From the IMG/VR virus record IMGVR_UViG_3300006916_000044, positions 27,371 through 91,370 of that record: a DNA stretch of 64,000 nucleotides, one strand, 5' to 3'. The notes beneath the pieces were generated by a model, which ran no database searches, had not been told where the DNA came from, and worked only from the letters and a program-made list of their open reading frames with translations. Made by a program: the position numbers and the translations under genes. Of the stretch, positions 38,513-47,637 are shown in pieces; positions within the stretch are counted from its first letter, which is position 1; each line of letters opens with the position of its first letter. The stretch comes from a virus.

Positions 38513-38791
38513 ATGCCTGCAAAAAGAGACTATAAAAAAGAATATAAGAAATTTCAGTCCTCTACTAAATCAAAAAAAGATAGAGCGGCTAGAAATAAAG
38601 CACGTAGAGAAGGTCTTAAAGTAGGTAAAGTACGTAAAGGTGATGGTAAAGATCTTCATCATCCTAATGGACCACGTTCACAGAAGACTGTAGCAATGTC
38701 AGCATCTAAAAACCGTGGTAAAAAAGAAAAGAGCAGAGTAAAAGGTAGTAAAAGAAACTACCCTAAAACAAGAAAAAAAAGAAGTAAATAA
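38513..38791 (+). CDS. Small basic HNH-like protein
   Basis: RDYKKEY...RAARNKARR...GDGKDLHH...SKNR. Confidence 0.65.
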   Translation: MPAKRDYKKEYKKFQSSTKSKKDRAARNKARREGLKVGKVRKGDGKDLHHPNGPRSQKTVAMSASKNRGKKEKSRVKGSKRNYPKTRKKRSK

Positions 38792-38808
38792 TTTTAAATA
38801 ATAAAAAA

Positions 38809-39225
38809 ATGGCAACAATTACAGGTAGATTATCATTAACAGGCACTGGTACAACTAGTGACGTTTTAAATATTGTTAAAGAAAAAGTTTTAACAGTTAC
38901 AAGCCCAGCTGTACAAGTTGGTACAACAGGATTAACAACATCATTTGCAACAACATTAGATGATTTAAATGGTACTAAGAATACTACAGATACGTATTTA
39001 TATATCATGAATACATCTGCTGGTACTGAAACAGTACATGCACAGACTGTAGCAACAGCTACATGTACTGAGTCAGGTGTACCTACAGTAACACAATCTC
39101 CATTAGCTAAGTTAGCTAAAGGTGAATTTGCATTAATTCCTCTTGAAGCATCAGCTCATTTACAATTTAAAGGATCTGCTACTACTGCAGTTATGGAATA
39201 CGGATTCTGGACTAAAAGTTCTTAA
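38809..39225 (+). CDS. Thr-rich probable structural protein
   Basis: YLYIMNT, LAKGEFALIP, MEYGFW beta-sandwich pattern. Confidence 0.55.
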   Translation: MATITGRLSLTGTGTTSDVLNIVKEKVLTVTSPAVQVGTTGLTTSFATTLDDLNGTKNTTDTYLYIMNTSAGTETVHAQTVATATCTESGVPTVTQSPLAKLAKGEFALIPLEASAHLQFKGSATTAVMEYGFWTKSS

Positions 39226-39422
39226 TCTATATCTAATAAAGGTTCTAAGTAGTTGATTGCCCAATTATATGCAGCAGCCGGGTAGGTAAATAGTTTTCTT
39301 TTTCTTTTTACCCACCTGGCTGACTTGCGTTCATATATTACCATTTCCCATTTTTTTCCTACTGGATAACAACACGGCCAATACCCCTTCTTGGTAAGGA
39401 ATTTAATTTCTTCTTTATACAT
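39222..39422 (-). CDS. Hypothetical protein
   Basis: 66-aa ORF coupled to the SPL-like gene; convergent with the + arm. Confidence 0.5.
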   Translation of the reverse strand: MYKEEIKFLTKKGYWPCCYPVGKKWEMVIYERKSARWVKRKRKLFTYPAAAYNWAINYLEPLLDID

Positions 39423-40258
39423 CAGAATATATATCTTATTGTTGCTATGTCAAAATAGTTTGCATAGATTTGTTTAAACATCTCTAGAAGCTTATGCTTC
39501 TTTGCTATTGGATAGCGCATCACTCCTGTCCCATTTTTAACTTCATCAGAATATTTCATAATCTCACGGGCCTCATCACTAGCTTTAATCATTTGATTAA
39601 CATGATTAGTCAATGCAATAACTTCACATTTATTTTCACCTGCTACCTCTTTAACACGTTTAAACAACTGGTCATAATGCTTAGACCACCCCGGCATAAA
39701 TATAAGTGGAGAAAAATTTAAATGTACTTCCCATCCTAAATCTTTAAGTCTATTAATGTCTTGTATTCTAGATTCAATTTTTTGCATCTTAGGTTCTAAT
39801 ACATCTGAATAAGCTTGAGGCATGAGACTTACCCTTACTCTAGGTGGTTTATTAAAATGATTAACATTAAGTTTAAGAAGACCCGGATACTTAGTAGCCA
39901 TAGTACTATTAAGTTGTGGGTGATCATCAAAGCGCTTAAGGTAATCATGTAGTGGTTCAGGCATATGCTTTTGCATTAGAACTAAATCTGAGTTGCATGC
40001 AATGTCTACCATTGTATATACTGGATCTTGCTGGTTAGGAACTTTAGTGTAGCCCGCTTCCCAAGCAAGAACAGAGTTAAATATATCATTAACATTAGTA
40101 TTAACAAATACTCTATGTCCATTAAATCTAGACATATAACAATATGTGTCTACACAGCCACCAAAACATCCATAGATTATATTTGGAGCTATGCAGTCAC
40201 TACTATTGTTATTTGTTTTTGTTACTAATGTTTTTGTTACTTGTTTTTTGATGGCCAT
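39422..40258 (-). CDS. splB: Spore photoproduct lyase-like radical SAM enzyme
   Basis: GCFGGCVDTYCYM Fe-S motif, DIACNSD (cf. SPL ..CTSD H-donor Cys), ATK, RVSLMP, LNFSPLI, RY near the C-terminus. Confidence 0.8.
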   Translation of the reverse strand: MAIKKQVTKTLVTKTNNNSSDCIAPNIIYGCFGGCVDTYCYMSRFNGHRVFVNTNVNDIFNSVLAWEAGYTKVPNQQDPVYTMVDIACNSDLVLMQKHMPEPLHDYLKRFDDHPQLNSTMATKYPGLLKLNVNHFNKPPRVRVSLMPQAYSDVLEPKMQKIESRIQDINRLKDLGWEVHLNFSPLIFMPGWSKHYDQLFKRVKEVAGENKCEVIALTNHVNQMIKASDEAREIMKYSDEVKNGTGVMRYPIAKKHKLLEMFKQIYANYFDIATIRYIF

Positions 40259-40279
40259 ATAACTACTATATTTTCATCT

Positions 40280-40495
40280 TTATTCCCAGTAACAGAATAC
40301 AAATTCATTTCCATTTCCATTATCTTTTTCTTTAGTTTTTAAAAACGGTATACCCGTTCTATCATTGATAACAATCTCTTTGTCAGAAGGTAAATCTATT
40401 TCTTTATAACCTTCTTGGAGTTCTTTTCTAAATATACGCATTGGTACATTTGTTTCAGACATCTTTTCTTGTAATATATATCCTTTATATGTCAT
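40280..40495 (-). CDS. Hypothetical protein
   Basis: ATG at 40495 (MTYKGY...) preferred over the track start. Confidence 0.5.
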   Translation of the reverse strand: MTYKGYILQEKMSETNVPMRIFRKELQEGYKEIDLPSDKEIVINDRTGIPFLKTKEKDNGNGNEFVFCYWE

Positions 40496-40565
40496 TGCTT
40501 TTTTTAAATTTTGTAAAGATAATCCAATATACAGCAACTAATATGGCAAAACCAAAGGTGCTCAA

Positions 40566-40661
40566 CTATATATATTTATGTATAATAACTAAAAGGGTTG
40601 TGATCAAGAGACCACAAAACCCTATAAATGCTCCTATGTAACTACTTTTTGAGTTTTTCAT
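40566..40661 (-). CDS. Membrane microprotein (31 aa)
   Basis: MKNSKSSYIGAFIGFCGLLITTLLVIIHKYI. Confidence 0.4.
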   Translation of the reverse strand: MKNSKSSYIGAFIGFCGLLITTLLVIIHKYI

Positions 40662-40734
40662 CAAACTGTGTAACTGCATAGGCACCGGTAGCTAAACCAG
40701 CAAAGTAAATCATAATAGCCCAAAATAATTCCAT
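40642..40734 (-). CDS. Membrane microprotein (30 aa)
   Basis: MELFWAIMIYFAGLATGAYAVTQFDEKLKK; A-rich leader. Confidence 0.5.
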   Translation of the reverse strand: MELFWAIMIYFAGLATGAYAVTQFDEKLKK

Positions 40735-40756
40735 AATTAATAGTTTTGATTAATAG

Positions 40757-40830
40757 TACACCCAGAAGGACTTGAACCTTCAACCTACAGCTTAGAAGGC
40801 TGTTGCTCTATCCAATTGAGCTATGGGTGT
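40757..40830 (-). tRNA. tRNA-Arg(UCU)
   Basis: ACACCCA/TGGGTGT acceptor stem, TAGCTCAATTGGATAGAGC D-arm, ACAGC-CTTCTAA-GCTGT anticodon arm, GGTTCAAGTCC T-arm; CCA not encoded. Confidence 0.95.
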
Positions 40831-40834
40831 AGTA

Positions 40835-40867
40835 AGCAGGAGGGTAAACAAATAAAGACCTCCTGCT
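40835..40867 (-). other. Hairpin immediately 5' of the tRNA
   Basis: AGCAGGAGG...CCTCCTGCT perfect 9-bp inverted repeat. Confidence 0.55.
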
Positions 40868-40876
40868 AAACAGACC

Positions 40877-41299
40877 TTAGTCTGCTTTTCTATCTAGTGC
40901 CATTAATAATAATAACAGATAACCAACAAGATCTCTTGCAGTATCTTCTGTATTATCATTCAAACCTACATGTGCAATTCTAGATAATTTATCATCAATA
41001 CGTGCTTTTATTGCTTCAACAGAATCAAGTTTACTAAATATATTAACAGGCTCTAATGCTGTATTCCCATATGCAGCATTTTTTTCTTTTAATAAATTAG
41101 TTATACTTTCTGCTACTGCATCTAATTGATCAGCAAATTCAGCATTTTTCCATTTACTTGATGCTTCATCTAAAGTATATGGTTTATTATACTCTAATCC
41201 TGGAGGACAATTCATTTTAACATCATAATTAAATGGATAATTACGTCCTATATCATAATAGTATTTATTATATTTTTCTTCTTTCTTTTTTTTACTCAT
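40877..41299 (-). CDS. DUF1599/Nmad1-like (nucleotide-modification-associated) protein
   Basis: KNAAYGN, RIDDKLSRI, DTARDLVGY. Confidence 0.75.
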   Translation of the reverse strand: MSKKKKEEKYNKYYYDIGRNYPFNYDVKMNCPPGLEYNKPYTLDEASSKWKNAEFADQLDAVAESITNLLKEKNAAYGNTALEPVNIFSKLDSVEAIKARIDDKLSRIAHVGLNDNTEDTARDLVGYLLLLLMALDRKAD

Positions 41300-42150
41300 A
41301 GTGTAAACACATTATTTGAAGAATTATAATCATCATTTTCTGGTAAGTCTATTAGATGTTCTTCAGGCATTTGAATATCATCTTCCGGATTAGTATATGT
41401 ATCTAAAGTATTATTTTTAGTTTTACTTAAACACTCAGCTGTCATAAACTCATGAAACTTAGCTTGATTTTTCATCCAGTTTCTTGGATGTGTTAACTTT
41501 AACGCATGTGTAACATGATTATAAAATGACCAAGCAGAATCAGAACTTACTCCATAATTGTATGATGCTTTATCCATTTCATTTTTTACACATGTCATTT
41601 GTTGTGAGTCAAGAAGTTTTTCTTCAATAAACAATCTACCTAAGAATTCAGCTTGATTCTTATTAGATAAAGTTATTGTTTTCATATCATTCTTGTCTTG
41701 AACAAGCTGATTGAAATTTTGTGAAGCTACACTTATTTGTTGTGCAATTGATACTGCAATGTCTGCATTAGCAGTTCCTGTGTGTTTACGACCATAGTTG
41801 GCCATATCACCATGGATCATTCCATTATTACATACTATTACATAAGCTCCAACTCCACATTGAAATCTTGTGCTCTTATCATATGAGTTTGTCCAAGCAA
41901 ACATCATACTAATTTCATTGTCTGATACAGAATTAGCTCCAGAGATATTGTATATCCCTTGAGCTACTCTAGCATTCATACTTGCTTTAAACAGTTGGTT
42001 ATTGATTTTAAAACCATTAACTTTTAATAGTTTTTGTGTGTGATCCATCACTTCTTTATGTGATACCACTGTATACGTCTTACCATGTGATGGTAAGGGT
42101 GCGTTTTCTAAATAAACTTTGGTTGTTGTAACCGCTTTTTTGTGTCCCAT
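41296..42150 (-). CDS. DUF932/DUF945-like protein
   Basis: YTVVSH, NSYDKS, VCNNGM, RKHT, WSFYNHVT. Confidence 0.75.
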   Translation of the reverse strand: MGHKKAVTTTKVYLENAPLPSHGKTYTVVSHKEVMDHTQKLLKVNGFKINNQLFKASMNARVAQGIYNISGANSVSDNEISMMFAWTNSYDKSTRFQCGVGAYVIVCNNGMIHGDMANYGRKHTGTANADIAVSIAQQISVASQNFNQLVQDKNDMKTITLSNKNQAEFLGRLFIEEKLLDSQQMTCVKNEMDKASYNYGVSSDSAWSFYNHVTHALKLTHPRNWMKNQAKFHEFMTAECLSKTKNNTLDTYTNPEDDIQMPEEHLIDLPENDDYNSSNNVFTL

Positions 42151-42161
42151 AATTGTCAAAT

Positions 42162-44159
42162 TTAATCAAATAAATTCAATTGATTACTAGTAAAACCTAA
42201 AATATTATTGACTTCTTTTTCAATAGCTTGCTGGTAATATTTATAGTTAATATCATAGTCTGCAAACTTTTCAGATAAAGTCATTTTATTAAACATAGTT
42301 GTCATCCAAGGTCCTGCTTCTAACTGTATGATACGTCCATCATTCTTGTTAACTTTAACAAGCTTAGATCCGCTGTTGCTTACATAATATCTATTAATCT
42401 TTTGTTGATCATCAGATTTTGCAACACCATTATCTACATATTCAGCTTTAACTTGCCAACCGCTATTAGTTTTACTACCAATACAATAGTCTAGTATATT
42501 AGTATTTTCCTTAAGATAATCTTCAGGTAGTTTGTTATTTACAAAGTATTCATAGATACCTTTAGGAATAACTAATTTAGATTTGTTTTTATGCAATGCT
42601 AAACCTGTAAATTCAAACCTACCCTTGCATTTAACAGGAGCATAATAAAATTTATCCTTTTCTACTTTAAATAAATAGTGTGGATTTTTTTGCTTTATTG
42701 TTCTCCATGTAGTTAAGTCTGTCTCAACAAATTTAAAAATACCAATATAATTATTGACATCTCCAAAGATAAGTTTCTGATACTCATCATGTTCCAGATT
42801 TAGTTGCGTTAGCCTTTCCCATTGTTCACATACTTTAAAATACTCCTCCTTTGCTGACTCAGGAATAATAGTCTCAATACCATCAGTATTTTGCATAATT
42901 GCACGTGCTTCTGGTATTGCTTCCATAATCATTTCATAGAGCATCATTAGGGTCAATTGACCGTTGATTGTAATACGCATTGTAAACTCTGGATCATATA
43001 AAAAAGAATTCTTATCATTAGAGAGACCATATGTACTGTTAAGTATAATTTTATATACATAGTTCATAGGATTACTCTTAGGAATCTTTTTTCTTTCTGT
43101 AAAAAACCATTCATATAGCTCACAAAACTGTGACTTTGGTAAATGCGCTGGAGACCAACTGTTTTTAATTGCTAGATTAGGATAGAAAGATGTAACATCT
43201 GAAGACATAATAATTTCACCATCTTTAGGTTCATATATCCCCGGTTTATTTGCACCGTGAACACCACCTAAACCAAAATCTGTTTTTACTCCTTTGTATT
43301 TAACACTGTACTTAAAGGCCCCTTTTATATTAAGAGGATTTAATTCTACAGTTTTAAATCTATCAAGAAGCAATTGAAACTCTGGTGTCTTAAACGTTAC
43401 ATAAGGCAGTATAATGTCTTCTAGTTTTATTACACGCCTAAATGTTCTCATCTTTTTTAACTCATACTTAGGAATATCTAATTCTTTACTTAAATAGAAT
43501 GCAAACAGCTCCTTAGATATTCTAGGTTCTGATGCATTAAACAAGTTAATATTATATTCTTTAGATAAGTTTATTCTTAATCCTATAAGCTCTTTAGATC
43601 TATTATAGATTTCTTGAGTTGCATTAACATCATTAATACAATAATCAATAACCATATCAATCTCTTCATCAGTTGTTATCTCTGACTCATGATCAATAGG
43701 CATATCAAGAATGTTATTCCAATCCATAGTATATTCAATCCACTTGAGGCTAGACCGCTTGGCCATATTGTCCCAGTGATTAAGTTTGTATACATCTATT
43801 TGAGGAATGGTCATTTTCCATTCTGGATATTTAGAGAATTCTTTATTATTAGATCTTTGGATTGTTGCTTGTGCTTCATCATAGATGTGACGAACTAAGT
43901 CTTCTATATCTGCTTTTAACACTGCTTGTTTTTTATCAAGAAACCAATGTGTTATTTGTGCATCAAATCCTAAACCATTAAATGATATATGATATTCTCT
44001 ATTCTTTTTGTTTTCTTCAAGAAATTCTATAAATGCTTTTCTGTCATCTCTTTTAGAATGTATTACAAATACTTTATATTCTTCTTTTTTGTAATGTTTA
44101 AATACACCACAAAAGAAGTTACTCAGTGTTTCATAATCCATTATCCAATGGCTCTTCAT
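42162..44159 (-). CDS. Family B DNA polymerase with 3'-5' exonuclease (crAss-like)
   Basis: ExoI DYET, ExoII FNGLGFD, ExoIII YCINDV; DVTSFYPN, KIILNSTYG, NTDG. Confidence 0.92.
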   Translation of the reverse strand: MKSHWIMDYETLSNFFCGVFKHYKKEEYKVFVIHSKRDDRKAFIEFLEENKKNREYHISFNGLGFDAQITHWFLDKKQAVLKADIEDLVRHIYDEAQATIQRSNNKEFSKYPEWKMTIPQIDVYKLNHWDNMAKRSSLKWIEYTMDWNNILDMPIDHESEITTDEEIDMVIDYCINDVNATQEIYNRSKELIGLRINLSKEYNINLFNASEPRISKELFAFYLSKELDIPKYELKKMRTFRRVIKLEDIILPYVTFKTPEFQLLLDRFKTVELNPLNIKGAFKYSVKYKGVKTDFGLGGVHGANKPGIYEPKDGEIIMSSDVTSFYPNLAIKNSWSPAHLPKSQFCELYEWFFTERKKIPKSNPMNYVYKIILNSTYGLSNDKNSFLYDPEFTMRITINGQLTLMMLYEMIMEAIPEARAIMQNTDGIETIIPESAKEEYFKVCEQWERLTQLNLEHDEYQKLIFGDVNNYIGIFKFVETDLTTWRTIKQKNPHYLFKVEKDKFYYAPVKCKGRFEFTGLALHKNKSKLVIPKGIYEYFVNNKLPEDYLKENTNILDYCIGSKTNSGWQVKAEYVDNGVAKSDDQQKINRYYVSNSGSKLVKVNKNDGRIIQLEAGPWMTTMFNKMTLSEKFADYDINYKYYQQAIEKEVNNILGFTSNQLNLFD

Positions 44160-44338
44160 ATTTTATGTTTACCCCATTTAGAATCTTGTGCATCCATATC
44201 AGCTTTATGGTTTTCTTCCCATTTAGTCATATTCTCAATTAATTTTTTTTGTTCTTCTATTCTTCTACCTTGATGAAGAGCATGTTTTGCTAACCTAAAC
44301 ATGATATATATACTTATTAATATTGCTAATCCTGTCAT
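44156..44338 (-). CDS. Small protein with N-terminal TM anchor
   Basis: GLAILISIYIMF; ATGA overlap with the polymerase start. Confidence 0.55.
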   Translation of the reverse strand: MTGLAILISIYIMFRLAKHALHQGRRIEEQKKLIENMTKWEENHKADMDAQDSKWGKHKI

Positions 44339-44356
44339 AATTGTAAATTTAGACCC

Positions 44357-44380
44357 AAAAAAAGGGACCGAAGTCCCTTC
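44357..44380 (-). terminator. Rho-independent terminator
   Basis: Minus strand AAGGGAC-TTCG-GTCCCTT followed by a T run; UUCG tetraloop. Confidence 0.85.
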
Positions 44381-44406
44381 CCATGGATTGGTTAATAAAG
44401 AAAACT

Positions 44407-44859
44407 CTAAACAAGGTTTAGATTAGTTGCTTTGTCAGAAGATAAAGCTCTTTTCATTTGCTCAACATCATTATCAATAATGCTAGCATAGTCATATGAA
44501 TCAGCATTAACTGCAAATTTATTAATAAAGTCTTTGATTTCTTGATCATCAACAATATAATACTCTGCATGCGTTTGCATCATAACTCTTTGTTCTTTTA
44601 CTTCTTTACCATTAGGTCTCTTACCAACTTTAAGTTTTACTTCATCTCCGTTGTCATCAATCTTTGGTACAAAGTGATATGAACTTTTATTAATTTTAGA
44701 AATAACAGCAAGTATTTTACTACTTGGGTCAAATATAATCTCCACATAAGGGCAATCCTCAGTGATAGGCATTAATTTAAATGTTTTGTATGGGCCCCAG
44801 TTTGATGTTGTAATCAACATGTTTTGTCCATACGTTGGTTTTTTGTTTTCTTTACTCAT
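44407..44859 (-). CDS. Hypothetical protein
   Basis: 150-aa ORF with a TATCTTTG promoter upstream and a terminator downstream. Confidence 0.6.
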   Translation of the reverse strand: MSKENKKPTYGQNMLITTSNWGPYKTFKLMPITEDCPYVEIIFDPSSKILAVISKINKSSYHFVPKIDDNGDEVKLKVGKRPNGKEVKEQRVMMQTHAEYYIVDDQEIKDFINKFAVNADSYDYASIIDNDVEQMKRALSSDKATNLNLV

Positions 44860-45446
44860 GTTAAAATATATTTTGAATTAGAATACAAAGATAAAAACTT
44901 TTTTTGAAAAATAGCTTTAGTGTCTGGTTTTTTGAATATTAAATTTTCTTTTTTCATATCCGGTTTATCACATAGCTCATATACATTTACTAGTGACTCA
45001 ACACTAACTCCTAACTCTTGAGCATAATCAGCATGATAATACTCTGGATAAAGAAACTCTTCCACATATTGTGCAATAGCTCCTTTTTCTCCAAAGAAAT
45101 TCATAATAGCTTCTTTATTAAGTTCTGTAATTTCAGAATACTTACCACGTGCTACTTTATTGTAATCATTACCTATATCACTAAAGTCATATACATATAA
45201 GTGTACATCTTCATCTAACAATATATAATCATAAAAGTATATATTTGATAATAAATATTTAGCTTCAAAAGTTTTCCATTCATCTGTTTCTTTTTGCTCA
45301 TACAAACACATGAATTTTTTATCTTTTACTTCATAGTTATCCTCCCAGGTTAAAAATGTTTCTACAGGTACAAAATCTACCCCTCTCTTTATATTTAATA
45401 AAGGGTAGAGGAAGATCTTGCTTTTTTGAAAGTATTTTTTATACAT
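44856..45446 (-). CDS. Hypothetical protein
   Basis: 196-aa ORF with overlapping start/stop coupling on both sides. Confidence 0.6.
   Translation of the reverse strand: MYKKYFQKSKIFLYPLLNIKRGVDFVPVETFLTWEDNYEVKDKKFMCLYEQKETDEWKTFEAKYLLSNIYFYDYILLDEDVHLYVYDFSDIGNDYNKVARGKYSEITELNKEAIMNFFGEKGAIAQYVEEFLYPEYYHADYAQELGVSVESLVNVYELCDKPDMKKENLIFKKPDTKAIFQKKFLSLYSNSKYILT
44886..44893 (-). promoter_or_regulatory. Bacteroidota -7 promoter element TATCTTTG
   Basis: Exact TAnnTTTG, 26 nt upstream of ATG 44859. Confidence 0.55.
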
Positions 45447-46444
45447 TATAGTACAACTTTGTTATTAATAAACTCATACGGTAAATCAAAATTCATTTCT
45501 TCTAAGTGATACTTACATGCTTTAATTACTTCCATGAGTTGACTACCCCATGTTTGCATAGTTTGTTCACTTACTTCAAAATTATATACTTGATTATACG
45601 TATCTACTACTATAAAGTTAAAGTTTATTTTATAACCTTGTATACCATCTGGTATATTTTTTAATACTAACATAGTGTAAATAGAAGCTTGCATCCAATA
45701 ATTGTAGTAATCAACAGTGTCTACAAAATTGACAATGGACTTGCCAGAAGTCTTGATGTCAATGATAGTGATTGACCTTTTCTTATGGTCTATTATGTAC
45801 TTGTCTACATAACCCTTAAGACCAAACTTAAGATCTCTTAAATCACATTCTAGATATGATTCTGCAAACGTTTCAGTTTCATCTAACTCAAAGTCTGTTA
45901 TAACTGGATCAAGTAAATCCATTATATCTTTCTTTGACTTGACAATCTCTACACGTTCTAATGTTCTATCATACATATCTTGATCAATGATGTCTTTGCC
46001 TTTTGATTCAAGTAGAAATTTAAAATACTCTTTGTTGTCATCCGTAAGTATTTTTGCTAATCTCTTTGAGTCATCTTTAATAGACTGATATAAGTTCTGA
46101 TGTTTTAAAGCAGTTATAATCTCAGGTTCATGATCTTCAAGATCTGGTACTACATTTAAATGTGCAGTCTCTTTAACTTCATTAAGAACTCTACGTACAG
46201 CTTCTGATGGTATTTTACCCGGTAACAATGCAAACTCTAATGCAAAGTTATCAGGTTGCAATAATAATAGATGTAGTAATCTACCTTCTACTAAATGCTT
46301 ATCTAATCTAGGCTCTCTATCTTTAAGGATATAATCCTTGTAGAAAAGCTTAGGGGAGAACCTAAGTCTATTCATACTTGAATATGAAAACTTAAATTCT
46401 CCTCTGTCATATTTGTCTTTAAATATCTGTTCTTTATCTGTCAT
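45446..46444 (-). CDS. PD-(D/E)XK exonuclease (RecE/Cas4-like)
   Basis: SYSSM, GRLLH, KGYVD...IIDIKT, YWMQASIY. Confidence 0.85.
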   Translation of the reverse strand: MTDKEQIFKDKYDRGEFKFSYSSMNRLRFSPKLFYKDYILKDREPRLDKHLVEGRLLHLLLLQPDNFALEFALLPGKIPSEAVRRVLNEVKETAHLNVVPDLEDHEPEIITALKHQNLYQSIKDDSKRLAKILTDDNKEYFKFLLESKGKDIIDQDMYDRTLERVEIVKSKKDIMDLLDPVITDFELDETETFAESYLECDLRDLKFGLKGYVDKYIIDHKKRSITIIDIKTSGKSIVNFVDTVDYYNYWMQASIYTMLVLKNIPDGIQGYKINFNFIVVDTYNQVYNFEVSEQTMQTWGSQLMEVIKACKYHLEEMNFDLPYEFINNKVVL

Positions 46445-46446
46445 AA

Positions 46447-47634
46447 TTAAAATGGTAAATCTACTTGAGAATCTGTTAATGCTGAAGCCAAAGATTTCTT
46501 TTTAACTCTAGCAGCAAATTCTGGTGTTAATGATATTGAACTTCTTTCTAACTTAAATGCTTTTGAAGCACTAAGACCTGTTGCTTTCTTAACAACATCT
46601 TCAAATAATAAATCTAACACATGTTCCATTGCTGGTACAGTTAATGCATCATCTTCAATCAACATACTAATTAGTTTTTCATATCTTGATGAATGCTGAT
46701 AACTGTATGAGGTGTTATCATAATATTTTTGAAAACCTTTTCTTAATGCTTTAAAGCCAACTGTGTTCCAAGGTTTAGTTCCTTTCATATTATCACCAAA
46801 GTGAAAGAACAGCATAGCCAAATAAGTCTTAGAAGATTCTATATCACAATTAGACATTAAGTTCATTGCAACAGCTTTATCATCTGCGCCTCCTGATTTC
46901 AACATATCTTTGATTTGAATAAAGCTTTGATCATCTAATGCTACTGAGTCAGCAGACATAAGTTTATTACAATTTTCATCTAAGATCCATTTAAATGTAG
47001 GATTTAAAAGTTCATTAAACATATCAATAGCATCAGGCCCAACAGTCCAATGAGCAGTCATAGTTCTAGAACTTTTAAACTGATCTAACATTGGACCTAA
47101 AGTATTATTCCAATTGTCAGCATAATAATATCTACGAACTAATGAATCTATATCTATTACATCAGCTTTATCTATTTGATTAAGTTGATCTATACAAGAT
47201 AATTGATCTTCTTTACTTGCAAACGCATTAGCATGTTGATTAACTATATCTATAGCTTTAGTTACACTTATGCAACTTTTTGACCAATGATAAGTCATTA
47301 GCTTTTCTATAGCTTTATAAGATATAATTCTTACATCAGCTATATTTTTATTTCTAATTACTTTTATATCATTGTCTTTACAAAAGAAAGCAACTCTATC
47401 TCTAGATAAACTAAGATTAGGATACCTATATAATGTAGATACATTATCTAATGATTTAACTTCATTAGGTCCCAATGCTTCAAGTATATGATTTGAAATT
47501 TGATCAGTTCTATTTGAATCTGGTATGTCAATCACATAAGCACCTTCAGATATTATATCTACTTTTTCTGATTTAATTTTTGATTCATCATCATTAATAT
47601 TAAATATTAATCTATGTAATTTAATTATTTTCAT
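46447..47634 (-). CDS. Hypothetical protein, paralogous to 47638-48699 (BRCT-like segment)
   Basis: YPNLSLSRDRV..FCKDNDIKVIRNKNIADVRII aligns with the neighbour. Confidence 0.6.
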   Translation of the reverse strand: MKIIKLHRLIFNINDDESKIKSEKVDIISEGAYVIDIPDSNRTDQISNHILEALGPNEVKSLDNVSTLYRYPNLSLSRDRVAFFCKDNDIKVIRNKNIADVRIISYKAIEKLMTYHWSKSCISVTKAIDIVNQHANAFASKEDQLSCIDQLNQIDKADVIDIDSLVRRYYYADNWNNTLGPMLDQFKSSRTMTAHWTVGPDAIDMFNELLNPTFKWILDENCNKLMSADSVALDDQSFIQIKDMLKSGGADDKAVAMNLMSNCDIESSKTYLAMLFFHFGDNMKGTKPWNTVGFKALRKGFQKYYDNTSYSYQHSSRYEKLISMLIEDDALTVPAMEHVLDLLFEDVVKKATGLSASKAFKLERSSISLTPEFAARVKKKSLASALTDSQVDLPF

Positions 47635-47637
47635 CTC

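Noticed and set aside
28880-39225. Host chromosomal DNA or a prophage boundary explaining the exported-protein genes
   Set aside because: They are interleaved and tightly coupled with phage-type genes on one strand with similar composition; no integrase or att site was seen.
28880-39225. Endolysin or spanin near the holin-like genes
   Set aside because: No amidase, peptidase, lysozyme or lipobox motif was recognised; probably outside the window.
26853-44159. Inteins or introns in nrdJ or the DNA polymerase
   Set aside because: Both are compact and continuous, with no splice-junction or homing-endonuclease motifs.
45446-46444. Cas4 of a CRISPR system
   Set aside because: No Fe-S cysteine set, no array and no cas neighbours; it is an ordinary phage PD-(D/E)XK exonuclease.
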